DNA of 64,000 nucleotides from Polymyxa betae A26-41 (lineage: Eukaryota > Protista > Endomyxa: Phytomyxea): contig RBZT01000419.1 in assembly GCA_003693705.1 (NCBI GenBank), forward strand, positions 62,001 through 126,000, written 5' to 3'. The translations under genes were made by a program, and so were the position numbers. This document shows, piece after piece, positions 34,090 to 45,611 of the stretch. The notes under the pieces were generated by a model. The model made no database searches. It was not told where the DNA came from and saw nothing but the letters and a program-made list of their open reading frames with translations. Positions within the stretch are counted from its first letter, which is position 1. Every line of letters begins with the position of its first letter.

Positions 34090-35205
34090 ATGAAGAAGAG
34101 AGCAAGAGCCGAAATCGCTGAGCTTGACCAGCAAAAACGAGCCGTTCATGTTGCGCTTTTTGTTTTTCAGAAAGTTCGGCCAAGGTTGATTTTGTTTCAT
34201 TCTCTTCAGCAAAACATGTTTATGATCCCGACCAAGAAGGTTGATGTACCAAAAAATACTCTGAAAGCAGCTGTTGAAGCTCTTCTAGAATTCCATATCC
34301 CCCACTATATCGTCGATGACTTCAAAGAAAGGTGCTCTCAAGATCATTTGCGAACTCAACATCAACATTCGAATGATACAATACTATTTCATCCAGTGCA
34401 TTCTTTTGCTTTAGAACTGATTCTGTCCAATTATGAAGGACAGGTTGAGTTTCTTGACATCATTGATTTGATTGCTCCTTCACGAGAAACACTGCTTCAC
34501 CAAATTCTTCAATCTCAATTGAATGCATTACGACATGTGGCATTAAAATCTACATTAATAACTGGTCTGTCGCCTGCAACGACAGCAAAGTCATATGTAC
34601 GCTCACAAATCGCCCAGATTGAGACTTTGGACTACGAGCATTATTCCATTCTGCCAACGTACATTCTACCACAGTCATCGCAACGATATGTTCTTGTTCA
34701 ATCTCTACCAGGTGATGGCACATTGGATCTCATCGGTTCGTGGCGCACAGATTCATTTTCTAAATGCATGGAACTGGATCCCAGACATATTTATTATCGA
34801 ACCCATGGATCCCACCACCAATATATCTGGCTGTCAATGTATCGATCGATCATCCTGGAAATGTCGGTGTTCACCTCATCAACGTTCAAATGGGAGCCTC
34901 GACTTCAGTGGATTCGGTTTCCAGAGCTACTTGCTTACTGTCAAGGAAGCAGGTCGCCTAGGAAACCAGGGCATTTCATGACTATCGAAGGGAACTATGT
35001 GGCTTGCCGCCTTACGAATCGATTGTATGAGTTGTTTCGCGATGCCGATTTAACAGGAAAGATGTTGTGTTCACTCCCGCCTGCATCCATGCCCCAACGA
35101 ATCGAGTCCCCAGTAACGACTCCAAATATGATGCTAACGATGGCGGTGACAACTTTGGGTACAGTGGCTATCCGTTCTTTCATAAATACTGTCTTAAACA
35201 TTTAA
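34090..35205 (+). CDS. Hypothetical protein with hydrophobic C-terminal tail
   Basis: 371-aa ATG ORF with globular composition; no family recognised. Confidence 0.6.
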   Translation: MKKRARAEIAELDQQKRAVHVALFVFQKVRPRLILFHSLQQNMFMIPTKKVDVPKNTLKAAVEALLEFHIPHYIVDDFKERCSQDHLRTQHQHSNDTILFHPVHSFALELILSNYEGQVEFLDIIDLIAPSRETLLHQILQSQLNALRHVALKSTLITGLSPATTAKSYVRSQIAQIETLDYEHYSILPTYILPQSSQRYVLVQSLPGDGTLDLIGSWRTDSFSKCMELDPRHIYYRTHGSHHQYIWLSMYRSIILEMSVFTSSTFKWEPRLQWIRFPELLAYCQGSRSPRKPGHFMTIEGNYVACRLTNRLYELFRDADLTGKMLCSLPPASMPQRIESPVTTPNMMLTMAVTTLGTVAIRSFINTVLNI

Positions 35206-37261
35206 GTTGATAAACATTTATTGATTCAGTTGTGGTTCTTGTAATTGCCTTGATGTTGTAACGAAACAAAACCTTGTACGCGAAGACAGATTTCTTATTA
35301 ATGCTGGTATAAACTGTCCAATCGCACGGAAGCTCTCATCATAATACGTTCACATCAGTACTTCTAATCCCCAGAGAGACTCGTATTGTAAAACGTGTAA
35401 ATCGTAGTGAAATCGAATTCTAATAAAGAGCCTTCACAACTTTCCAGCGAGCCCGATTCACTCATACGTCAGAACATGCCCCAATGTTGGTTTTCATTCG
35501 AAGCTATTAAGACAGTTGATCTACGTGATGTAACAAAGACTCTTCCAGCCTGACATCGTCCTCCACCATGATGAAGAATACAGCTAGGTCGCTGCTGACT
35601 GCTGTAAATTATGGGTTTTGTAGATTCACGTTCAGAAGTATTCATTACCTTCGATAACACTAGGGTAGTCAAGATTCTGTGTCGAGCGCTATTTCACAGG
35701 CTCGTTTGAATCACCATAGCTTTCTAGCAAGCCTCTAGCTCCGGGAATGATTCAGCTAAAGTTAGCCGAAGTTGCCGGTTTATTAGGAATTCAGAATATC
35801 GGATTCTTAAAAAGTAATTCGTTTTTTAACCGGGATTCCCGTTCTCTTCCCGTCATCAACTATGTTCGTGAATATAATTTCCGGGTCTGAGGAGACGACA
35901 GGTTCATACCATAATTTTGATGACAGAATTGGGTTCAACTGTGATTATCTTGTCCTATAACTGATCCAGCAACGGTATCAGACGTAATGATTAGCTGTAG
36001 GTATATAAAAAGCATATCGGTACTGGTGTAATGGTGGATGAATGAAAGCAACGCATGGTCGTCAATCGGGAAGCTACTCCAGCCTGGTTCCGTTTGTCGA
36101 TTGTGTTCTGCATTATTGAATGCTTCCAGAAATCCAGGAACAACGTATTATCTCATTAAGGCATTCAATGTCCTGTTAGGATCACATATCTTGGTAGATG
36201 CGGCATGGCCCGAATTGATGAGTAATACACAAGTTATCAGTTAACCGATTGATGACTTGTAAGCCAATCGTCAAAGAGGTTGTACTCCTATCAAGGATTC
36301 CTTCAACTGGGCGCGTAGCTCTGAACGTCTTCAATCCCGTAAATATTCGTACCAGATCACTTATGTCCAACAGGCATCCCGAGAATGCAGGAGTAATATC
36401 AGATTATAAAGGTATCCATCATCATTGTGAGGGAAAACTGGTCATCACGAGCTACCGGGCTTATAGAAATCGATCGTTGACCAGCGCTGGGGTGCTACAG
36501 TATCAACAGCGTTGATCAGGTTGTCCACAAGATGGATAGAATTTACTAGAATGCAAGCTGCTAACTGTATGACAATTTACTTCAGTCGGCCCCAAATTAT
36601 CGGTGGCTGATGTCGCAAGGTTAAAGAAGGCAAGTTAAATATCATCCTATTGTGATCTTCTGACCAACTTACATGAATGTGATGGCGGTTAAAGGGCTCA
36701 GCTGAATTAGTGTGCAGCGAGATACGTCCGGAGGCTATAAGTGGGCTCGATAATGTATTTCTGTTTTCTTAGACGATATGGAACACGGATCGCTATTGCT
36801 AACCTGAAATCGATACTTCCATTAACAGTCTATTTCCTGAAATCTGATACTCCCATTTACACCCTATTCATTTGATGACAGAAATACATCTGACTTTCGG
36901 CAGCAGAACGCAGAGCGGAATCAGCCCTGCCATATGTCTTAGATCACCTCCTGAGACTATCAAAAGTAAATCGTGGATTCGGTAGACTTTTCCACAGAAA
37001 ACGGGATGTGTGGTACATTCCAGACTGCAGTTTATCCTTGAGGCAGAATCTGGAACAGGTCTGCTGTCAAAAATCTGGTTAAAAACGACAGCGAAAGTGC
37101 CCCCAATGCAACACTAATCAAAATGAAGAAGCCTTTACGGTCCTGAAGCCATCTCATGTTATGAGACCTCTTACACAATATTCACTTGCTGACTCTGACA
37201 GTTTCTGTCGCTGGAATCTAGATTTCTCGGGGAGCCTTTAAGTCATATTGCAAATGCGGCG

Positions 37262-37550
37262 AATGTTGGTTCGAGAACTTGGAGCTAAGCCCTAGGTCCG
37301 GCGATGTGACATCATGACAATTCGATTGCAATCAATTTGCAAGAATGGGGTTTGACAACCCCCCCCCCCTAGCACATCATTGACGGGGGGTTATATAGGG
37401 TCTCTATCAAGCCGATATGTCGAACTTGGAGTTAGGCCCAAGGCCAGGCAGTGTCATTTCATGACAGGAGACAGCAGTCAATTTCAAGTGAATGACGCGT
37501 GAGGTAAACCCTTTCAGCACTTCACTGACTTAGACTAGGGTTTTCATCAT
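37262..37550. repeat. Degenerate tandem duplication, 2 units, period about 147 bp
   Basis: GAACTTGGAGCTAAGCCCTAGG..TCATGACA..TCAATTT..AGCACATCATTGAC from 37275 recurs as GAACTTGGAGTTAGGCCCAAGG..TCATGACA..TCAATTT..AGCACTTCACTGAC from 37422. Confidence 0.75.
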
Positions 37551-37645
37551 TCTGAAATGAACTGTAACCTCCCTTAATGTAACTTTAGGCTTGTGCTTAT
37601 GAACAGCGGGGACTCTAGTTTAGGGTTTCTTCTGCACATCTGCAA

Positions 37646-38868
37646 ATGAAACCGATTATGAAGCGATACTGCCTGACACCACTCAGGGCCATTATAGCTC
37701 TGGTCATTTTTTTTCTGACCTTTACCACAACGACACTCTTCTATATCATACAGTTTGAAGTTCGCCAGGACAAAGATATCCTATCAGCAGCGGTTCCCCG
37801 CCAACCAGCTCTGACTTTGCTGACGTTTGCGTCCCATCAGGCGAGAACTGCCAGCGCCCCTAATTTATTCGCTAACTGTATTCCAGGCTGACTTCTTATG
37901 TCGTCTGCTGACATCTGCTGTACTCAATGGAATCTCAGTAAAGGTGCTTGGTTATGATAATAACCGCAAGGATCCGTTGTTTCGCAAGGTCACCATGACT
38001 TTAGCAGAACTGTACAGAACCAATTATGCTAGCTATTCAGTTTAATATCGGCTTAGGAAAAAACGGCAACCAGATGAAATCATCATGTTTGTTGATGCAT
38101 TTGATGTCGTTATAGTAATTGAGATTGTTCTGTCTATTGACATCTTGTTTGACTGTTTTAAGACGGGAAATGCTGAAACGATCGTATCTGAGTTCCTGCA
38201 GACCAAATCAGATGTCGTGTTTGCTGCAGAAAAAGGATGCTGGCCTTTTATGGATGGTCGACCAGAAGGAGAATATATCTGCCAGCAAAAGTATCCCGAA
38301 TCTCCTACGCCATATCGTAATTTGTTTTCCTTACTGTGTTTTTCCATGTTTGAAACATTTATCTATTTTAATGCCAAAGTTAATTGATAATCTGAAGGAT
38401 ATTTGAATTCCGGCGCATGGATTGGGTACGCGCATGCTGCTGTTAAAGCATTTGAGGAAATGATGGCATTACCTGAAGCTGAAAAACGTGCTATTGATCA
38501 AGAACTTGCTTCAATTGTGTTCTTAAATAATCAAGCATCGATCACTTTGGACTACCATACTCGAATTTTTCAGTGTGTGCACTTGAGCGCAAACGACCTG
38601 CAATTCCAGCGCAGAGGTGGACGTACAGTTGTCTATAATCAGATTACAAAGATATAGTGGGTTGATGCGATTATGTTTGGCTTCTCTAAATGTTTGTAGT
38701 CCTCCAATTCTACATTTCAACGGAAATGGAAAAGAAGTACAAGAATACTACCACGAGCGGCTGGGACTTATTAGCCCAAGGCGGTCAGACATCCAAAAGA
38801 TCCAATCAACATCTGCTGATTTGGTTGATGGAGTCGTCTATTCTGATATTTGCCCAAAGTTTCATTGA
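37646..38868 (+). CDS. PLOD/procollagen-galactosyltransferase-type glycosyltransferase, type II membrane protein (multi-exon)
   Basis: N-terminal TM anchor. MFVDAFDV (DxD-like), VFAAEKGCWP, YLNSGAWIG, DQ, LDYHTRIFQ and HFNGNGK motifs. Confidence 0.82.
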
Positions 38869-39294
38869 AACATTTAATCACTGTAATAGATCGTTTTGCA
38901 ATAGGACAAATTGGAGTCTGTCTTTAGCTTTATACTTGTGCAGCAGATTACCAACCAAAGCATTCCTTGAGAGAATGAGCTAGCATTCTTTACTTTAAAA
39001 AGCAATTCGCCATAAAACACAAGCTTTCATTCACCCTTTTAAAATTAACAGCAAACTTAGTTACAAATTAGGATTTGAAATTTCGTTCCTAAATCCAGGT
39101 TTGCGTTCCCGTTAATGACCGAAACCGACACTAAACCGTCACCACATCACTGCATCAGATATGAAATGCTCGAGTGCATGCAGACGTTACAGGTCTGACC
39201 GCGATCATTTCCAGACATCAACTTTTTTTAAATAAATAGTTTCAGCGTGATCTATGAAGAGATCGTCAGATTGCCTTCTGCGCAGTCCGGCACA

Positions 39295-40224
39295 ATGCCG
39301 AAGCGGCCAAGGTCGCCCTCGTCGTCTTCGGACCCGGCTACCGACAAACGACAGCACTGGTCGCTAGGTGCTGCCGAAACTAATCGCAGTCTCTATGCCG
39401 AGTTACCGGCGGTTTTCATCGCAAACGATCCGGTGCCGACAACTGGGTCGGTGCCGGCGTTAGTGTCGTCTCTGGTCGCCAACGATTATGCTCTTCGTTC
39501 GGCCCAGGACAAGATCGAGAATAAACATCTGTTGCTAGAGACGGCAATTCGCGATCGGTCTGCGGCCCAGCTGGAGAGACAAACGGCCCGTACGCTTCTG
39601 ACTGATAATCGCATTTTGAGCGGGCGGCAGCTGAAGCGGCGCGGTTTCACTAAAATCGATCACAGCAGCATCTCATATGATCTGTTCCGGTCTTTGAACC
39701 AGATCTGGGTCCAGTATTTCGATGATGTTATAAATTCATCAACCAAGTAAGTCGTTGATTGGAGCCGCGATCACGACCGTTTTAGTTTTGTTCGAAGGTT
39801 TGTTAACCTGTTTGCTATTCACGATTGGAATTGTTTCCGAAGTGGCAGTCCTGGACTTAGCGACATTTTGTAGTCGTGAGATCCTGCAAAGCAAATTGTT
39901 GAAGACCGATTTGCACGGTGCCGTACTTGGCGTCGTCCGCAGTCGTAATCCGGGCCTGATCGGGCAGCGCGGGATCGTCTTCAAAGAAACTCAATACACG
40001 TTCGAGATTGTCACGAAGACGAACGCCACCAAAGGTACTTTGTTGGGCCCGATGTCGATGTCTGGAACTAACTCCTTCCTGTAGTGATCCCTAAAGAGCA
40101 TTCCGTCTTTGGGTTGGTCCACCGCGGTCATCTTTTGCAGATTTTTGGCAACAATTTCCTATACCGCCCTAGCGAGCGCTCGGCCAAGAAATACAAAGCG
40201 CATGGAACATCGCTTATTCTGTAG
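39295..40224 (+). CDS. POP4: RNase P/MRP subunit p29
   Basis: LNQIWVQYF, LLKTDLHGAVLGVVRSRNPGLIGQRGIVFKETQYTF, VIPKEHSVF, IFGNNFLYRPSERSAKKYK; two introns. Confidence 0.92.
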
Positions 40225-40598
40225 GCTGGTATCTATCTTCGAGATCAGCTATACCATTATCTGCATGAGTCCAGACTCATGTGCGGCTGCTCGCCGTGTT
40301 TGATCGCCCAGCACTGATGCGCTACAATTCGGTTGTCGCTTCTCAGCGTCGAACCTTTTCGCTGTGATTAATAAAACTAACCGTTTCGTCTGCCTTATTA
40401 CGGTTTGCTAACATAGCTCGAAACCAATCTTGATCGTTCCTCTGCTGTGCTGTGTGCGTTGCAATTTGCAAATGAGGAATGGGAAAAGGATTTTAAGTAG
40501 CGGAGTGCGTGGCGGACAATGGGACACAACATCTTTGATTCGTCGTCGTTATCGTTGAGCCGACTGTCGGCCCCAGTGATCGGGCGGTTCAGATCGGA

Positions 40599-43500
40599 AT
40601 GGATTCAAGTCTGTATGACGATTTCGGCAACTATATCGGGCCGGACCTAAGCAGCTCCGATTCCGCATCAGATGACGAGGCGCCCGTCCCGATTGCGGAC
40701 GCACCAGCTTCCATGCAAGTCGATGAAGACGAGCGCAATGGCGGTCAGTTAGTCGAACGGAATGAAAGTCATCAGGTAAAAATCTATATTTGAAGCTCAA
40801 CGTCATTTTGTTCTGTTACAAATTTGTTGATGTTTGCGAGCGGTTCTGTTTGTAGCAAGTTTTAGAACAAGAATCACACTGGGTTTCTGTTCAGTTTACT
40901 CTTTTATTAAGCCAATTCGTAATTTGCTTAAATGGGCGGGAATAGGCTGTGCTGTACCACGACAAACAGTACTTCCCGTCTGTCGAAGAACTGTATCCCG
41001 GTGTTGAGACGCTCGTCCAAGATGAAGATACACAGCCGCTGGAGACACCCATCATCGCCCCCATTAAAGTGGCAAATTTCGAAGTTCAGGACGCCGACGC
41101 TGTCCAGCAGACCACATTTGAATGGAAATTCCTTACAGGTTCGTTAACGCAATCCGTTTGACATCCGAACAGCGCAGATTGAATTTTCCACAATTGTTAT
41201 CAAATGGATTGAGTTGATTTCTGTTTGTCCAATTGGGTTTCGTTCTTTGAATCAATTCTTGCATCATGGGCTTGGCAGATGTTAAACATTCTTCGCCCGA
41301 GCAGAGTTCATATTCCTGTTAGCATTAGCTTATGAGACTCGCAGGTCTGATGGACTATCCATCATTGATTCGGAATGTGGCTTTGATCGGTCATCTGCAT
41401 CATGGCAAGACCTCTTTCATGGACATGCTGGTCCGTGAGACACATCAACGCTTTTGGGATCCCAACGTCCAGACAAGATTTACTGATACTCGCAAAGGTC
41501 AGCTATCGTCTTAATCTTACTCACAATATCATTTCTTTTGACAAGTCGTTACGCTCTCAGATTTCTTCAACTCGGCTTTTTGTCTCTTTTGCTTTCAGAC
41601 GTGAAGTTGTATCGAGCATTTGTTGTTGATTTTTATTGGATTTTGAGAAGTCTATTGGTAGATGAACAAGAAAGACAGCTGTCCATCAAGGCTGTACCAA
41701 TGTCCCTTATTCTGCAATCACTTCGTGACAAATCGCATCTGCTAAATATAATGGATTGCCCGGGTCATGTCAACTTTAGTGATGAAGTATCAGCTTCGCT
41801 ACGCCTTGCTGATGGCGCCGTCGTCATTGTGGATGCAGTAGAGGGCGTCATGATCCAGACAGAGCGCGCCCTAAACCACTCCATTCAGGTGAATTTCTCT
41901 TGTTTTTGCCTTTCCTGCTGCAATCTCCACTTTACCTTGTTTATGCTTCGCTTGTTCAGAAAGCCGCTCTCGCTATAATATTCTCATTTACGGTTTATCC
42001 TTTCTGAATCCCGTCTGTTCTTGGAACCGGATCCTTGATATCGTGTTCATCCGCCATTTCTTCTGTTTCGTTTGTCATTATATCAGAGCGCCATTCACTG
42101 TTTCGCCCAAGCATCTGATCGAACTCCATTCAGGAGAACGTTCCTATCGTGATCGTCATCAACAAGGTCGATCGTCTAATTCTGGAACTGAAACTGCCAC
42201 CTGCTGATGCCTATCACAAATTGGTTCACACAATTGAAGAGATCAACGTGATCCTTTCAAACAGTGGCTATCCACATCGTGTCTGTCCGTCAAGAGGCAA
42301 CGTCGTCTTCGCTTCGTCGCTCTATTCCTGGTCCGTCACGCTGTCCATCTCTCACCCGAGATGGTCGTGCTGATCCCTTGTCGTCAGGTGCTTCACGATC
42401 CAGTCGTTCACGACCCTATACGCGGCACGTCTCAACGGATCTCGCGGGTTTTCGACGTCGCAATTTGCGTCTCGGCTTTGGGGCGATTACTATTTCGATT
42501 CGGAATCGAACAAGATTGTTCGGCGACCATCAGAGACGGCCAAGACCAGGACCTTCGTCCAGTTCATTCTTGAGCCAATCTACAAGATTTACAGGTTCGC
42601 GAATATCCATCATTTTACATCGCCATTGTTATTCACTTCTTTTATCACTTTATTTTGTTGGAGACGACTATCCAGTTTACTGTGTTTCGTTCTGTATTGA
42701 ATGGATTGCCTTAGTCATGTTCTCGGGTCGGAACCTCGTGAGATTGAGCCATTTCTCGTTGAGCTTGGCATCTACCTCAAGAAGAAAGATCTCATGCTGG
42801 ATCCACGCCCGCTTCTGCGTCTTATCTTCTCGAAACTTCTCGGTCGATCGGCCGGCTTCGTCGATGCCGTCGTTGAACACATTCCGTCTCCGGTAAGCTT
42901 GTTCGATTTCGCACCTTTCGTTCAACCATCTGGCAATAGTTCGCTCTCAATCCTTTTATTTATCTTATAATCATTATAGGTTGCTGGTGCTAGGACGAAA
43001 GTTCAACATACTTATACGGGGGATTTAACTACAGAAGTTGGACGGAGTCTGATCGAATGCAATCCGGATGGTCCTCTCATGATCATGATCACCAAGCTGG
43101 TGCCTCGCTCAGACGGCTCTGTCTTCGACGCATATGGTCGTGTAATGAGCGGGACCGTTCGCGTTGGTGATGCCGTTCAGGTCCTTCGAGCAGGCTATAC
43201 GTTAGACGATCAGGAGGATATGAGCACCTGCAATATCTCACAGATTTGGGTACTTCTTCATCCTCTTTTTGTCGTCGTTTTTTGATTTTTTTATGTCCGA
43301 ATTCTTACACGATTGTTGTCATGTTTTTTTTTTAATCTGAAATATTTCTAATCTGTGTGGTGTCTGTATCATGCTTTGTGTCTGACCTTCAATCTCAGGT
43401 GTATGAAGCACGTTATCGTGTCAATATCAATCGAGTATGTGCTGGTAATTGGGCGCTGTTCGAAGGTCTCGATGCTGCTATCAGTAAAACGGCCACCATC

Positions 43501-45300
43501 ACCACCTCTTCTGCTCAAGATGCTGAAATCTTCCGCCCATTAACGTCTGTCCTTGAAAGTCCCTATTCATCGCTTTCTTAACGCATTTGGTCCAGGTTTA
43601 ATACCATTGCTTGCGTTAAGATTGCTATCGAACCCATCAATCCATCCGAGTTACCAAAGATGTTGGACGCTTTGCGGAAGATCGCTAAATCGTATCCGTT
43701 AGCTCAGACGACAATCGAGGATTCTGGTGAACATATTATCATGGGTACTGGCGAGCTCTATCTTGATTGCATTCTTCACGATCTTCGTAGAATGTATTGC
43801 TGATAATGTATCATGTCATATTTCTCATCGGATTATGCTTTTTAGGTATGCTGATATTGAAATCAAAGTCGCCGATCCTGTATCATCGTTCTGTGAGACC
43901 GTCATTGATACGTCCTCGATTCGATGCTTTGCTGAGACACCCAATGGTATTATTTATTTGCCATTTTCGTTATGCAACATTTCGCGTTTATCCAATCTAA
44001 CAAATTCTAATCATGTCTCTCATCGCTTCTGTTTCTTATCTGGCTTCGCTTCAACGTGGTCACTGTATGGTATCTTATTTTGGTGCTGTGCAGCTAAATC
44101 GAAGCTAACGATGATTGCTGAACCGTTGGACACTGGTCTGGCCCAGGATATTGAATCTAGCAAGATCGATCTGAATGCAGATAAGAAGACTGTGGCGTCG
44201 TTTTTCCAGGTGCGTTCACCATATCCAATTGGCTTCTGTAAACGAAGTTGACCGGGTGTTTTTGACAGGATCGTTACGGCTGGGATGTGTTGGCAGCTCG
44301 CACTGTTTGGGCATTCGGCCCTGATAGCGACGGTCCCAATATTCTTATGGATGATACATTGGTGGACGAGGGCGAGAAACGGCTGCTGTATAGCGTGAAG
44401 CCATCAATTATTCAGGGATTTCAATGGGGAACTCGTGAAGGGCCTCTATGTGATGAACCTATTCGTAATGTGAAATTTAAAATTATTGATGCCGTCATTG
44501 CTGATCAAGCTATGCATCGAGGTATCTTGCTCACTCATTCTTTCATTCTCCCGATCGTTTTCCATGCATGCATTTTGTAGTGTTTCTTTCAGAAGAGCAG
44601 ATTTGCAACAATGTCTAATTGGCGTGTTACAGGTGCTGGTCAGATAATCCCTACTGCCAGACGTGTAGTTTATTCATCTTTTCTATTGGCAACACCTCGG
44701 CTTATGGAGCCCATCTACTCAGTACAGATCCAGACCCCAGCAGATTGTATCAGCGCGTAAGTCCCATTATAGCAACTTATTACTGGTGGCTCTGAAACAT
44801 GCTCCTCTTTAGAATCTATAAAGTATTGGCAAGACGTCGTGGTCATGTAACCAAAGAGCAACCGAAACCTGGAACACCGCTCTTTGACGTTCTTGCATTC
44901 GTTCCCGTCATCGATTCGTTCGGGTAAATCATCTGTTCACATTACTTTTACTATTGTGTCTAATATTGGGGGGTTTACTGATTTCGCGTTATTTGTACCA
45001 TTCGCCGAATACTCAGTACTGATAATTCTTATTTGCAGGTTCGAGACGGATCTACGAACTCACACACAGGGGCAGGCGTTCTGTCTGTCAGTATTTGATC
45101 ACTGGGAGATAGTTCCAGGTGATCCACTTGATAAGACGATCTCATTACATCCATTAGAGCCATCACCAGCTCCAGCCTTAGCTCGTGATTTCATGGTCAA
45201 GACTCGACGTCGTAAGGGGCTCAGTGAGGACGTCTCCATCAACAAATTCTTCGACAATCCCATGCTTTTAGAGCTTGCTCGGCAGCAACAAATCGTTTAA
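40599..45300 (+). CDS. EFTUD2: U5 snRNP 116-kDa GTPase (Snu114), about 16 exons
   Basis: [88 protein letters not shown]. Confidence 0.97.
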
Positions 45301-45611
45301 CACAATCTGCGGCCTGTTAGTGCGGGCTCCATGGACGCCGTACCATCCCATCCACCATGGGCCAACACCACCGCTATCTGCAATAGGCCCCGGATCGCAT
45401 CGCTTCTACATAAAAAATTCCAGCTTAATAATGGTGTTAGCAATTACCGGTACCGAATGCGGTCGGTTGAGAGGAATGTCCAGTGGGCGCCGTACCGGCC
45501 CTGTATCCGGGGTCCGGAGCCCCCCACCACCCGTTTGTTTGGTGCCTCTTGGTCGTCACTTGTTCGTCATCTGGTTAGTTGATAGCCGGGGCGAATGCAA
45601 CGCCCATCGTT

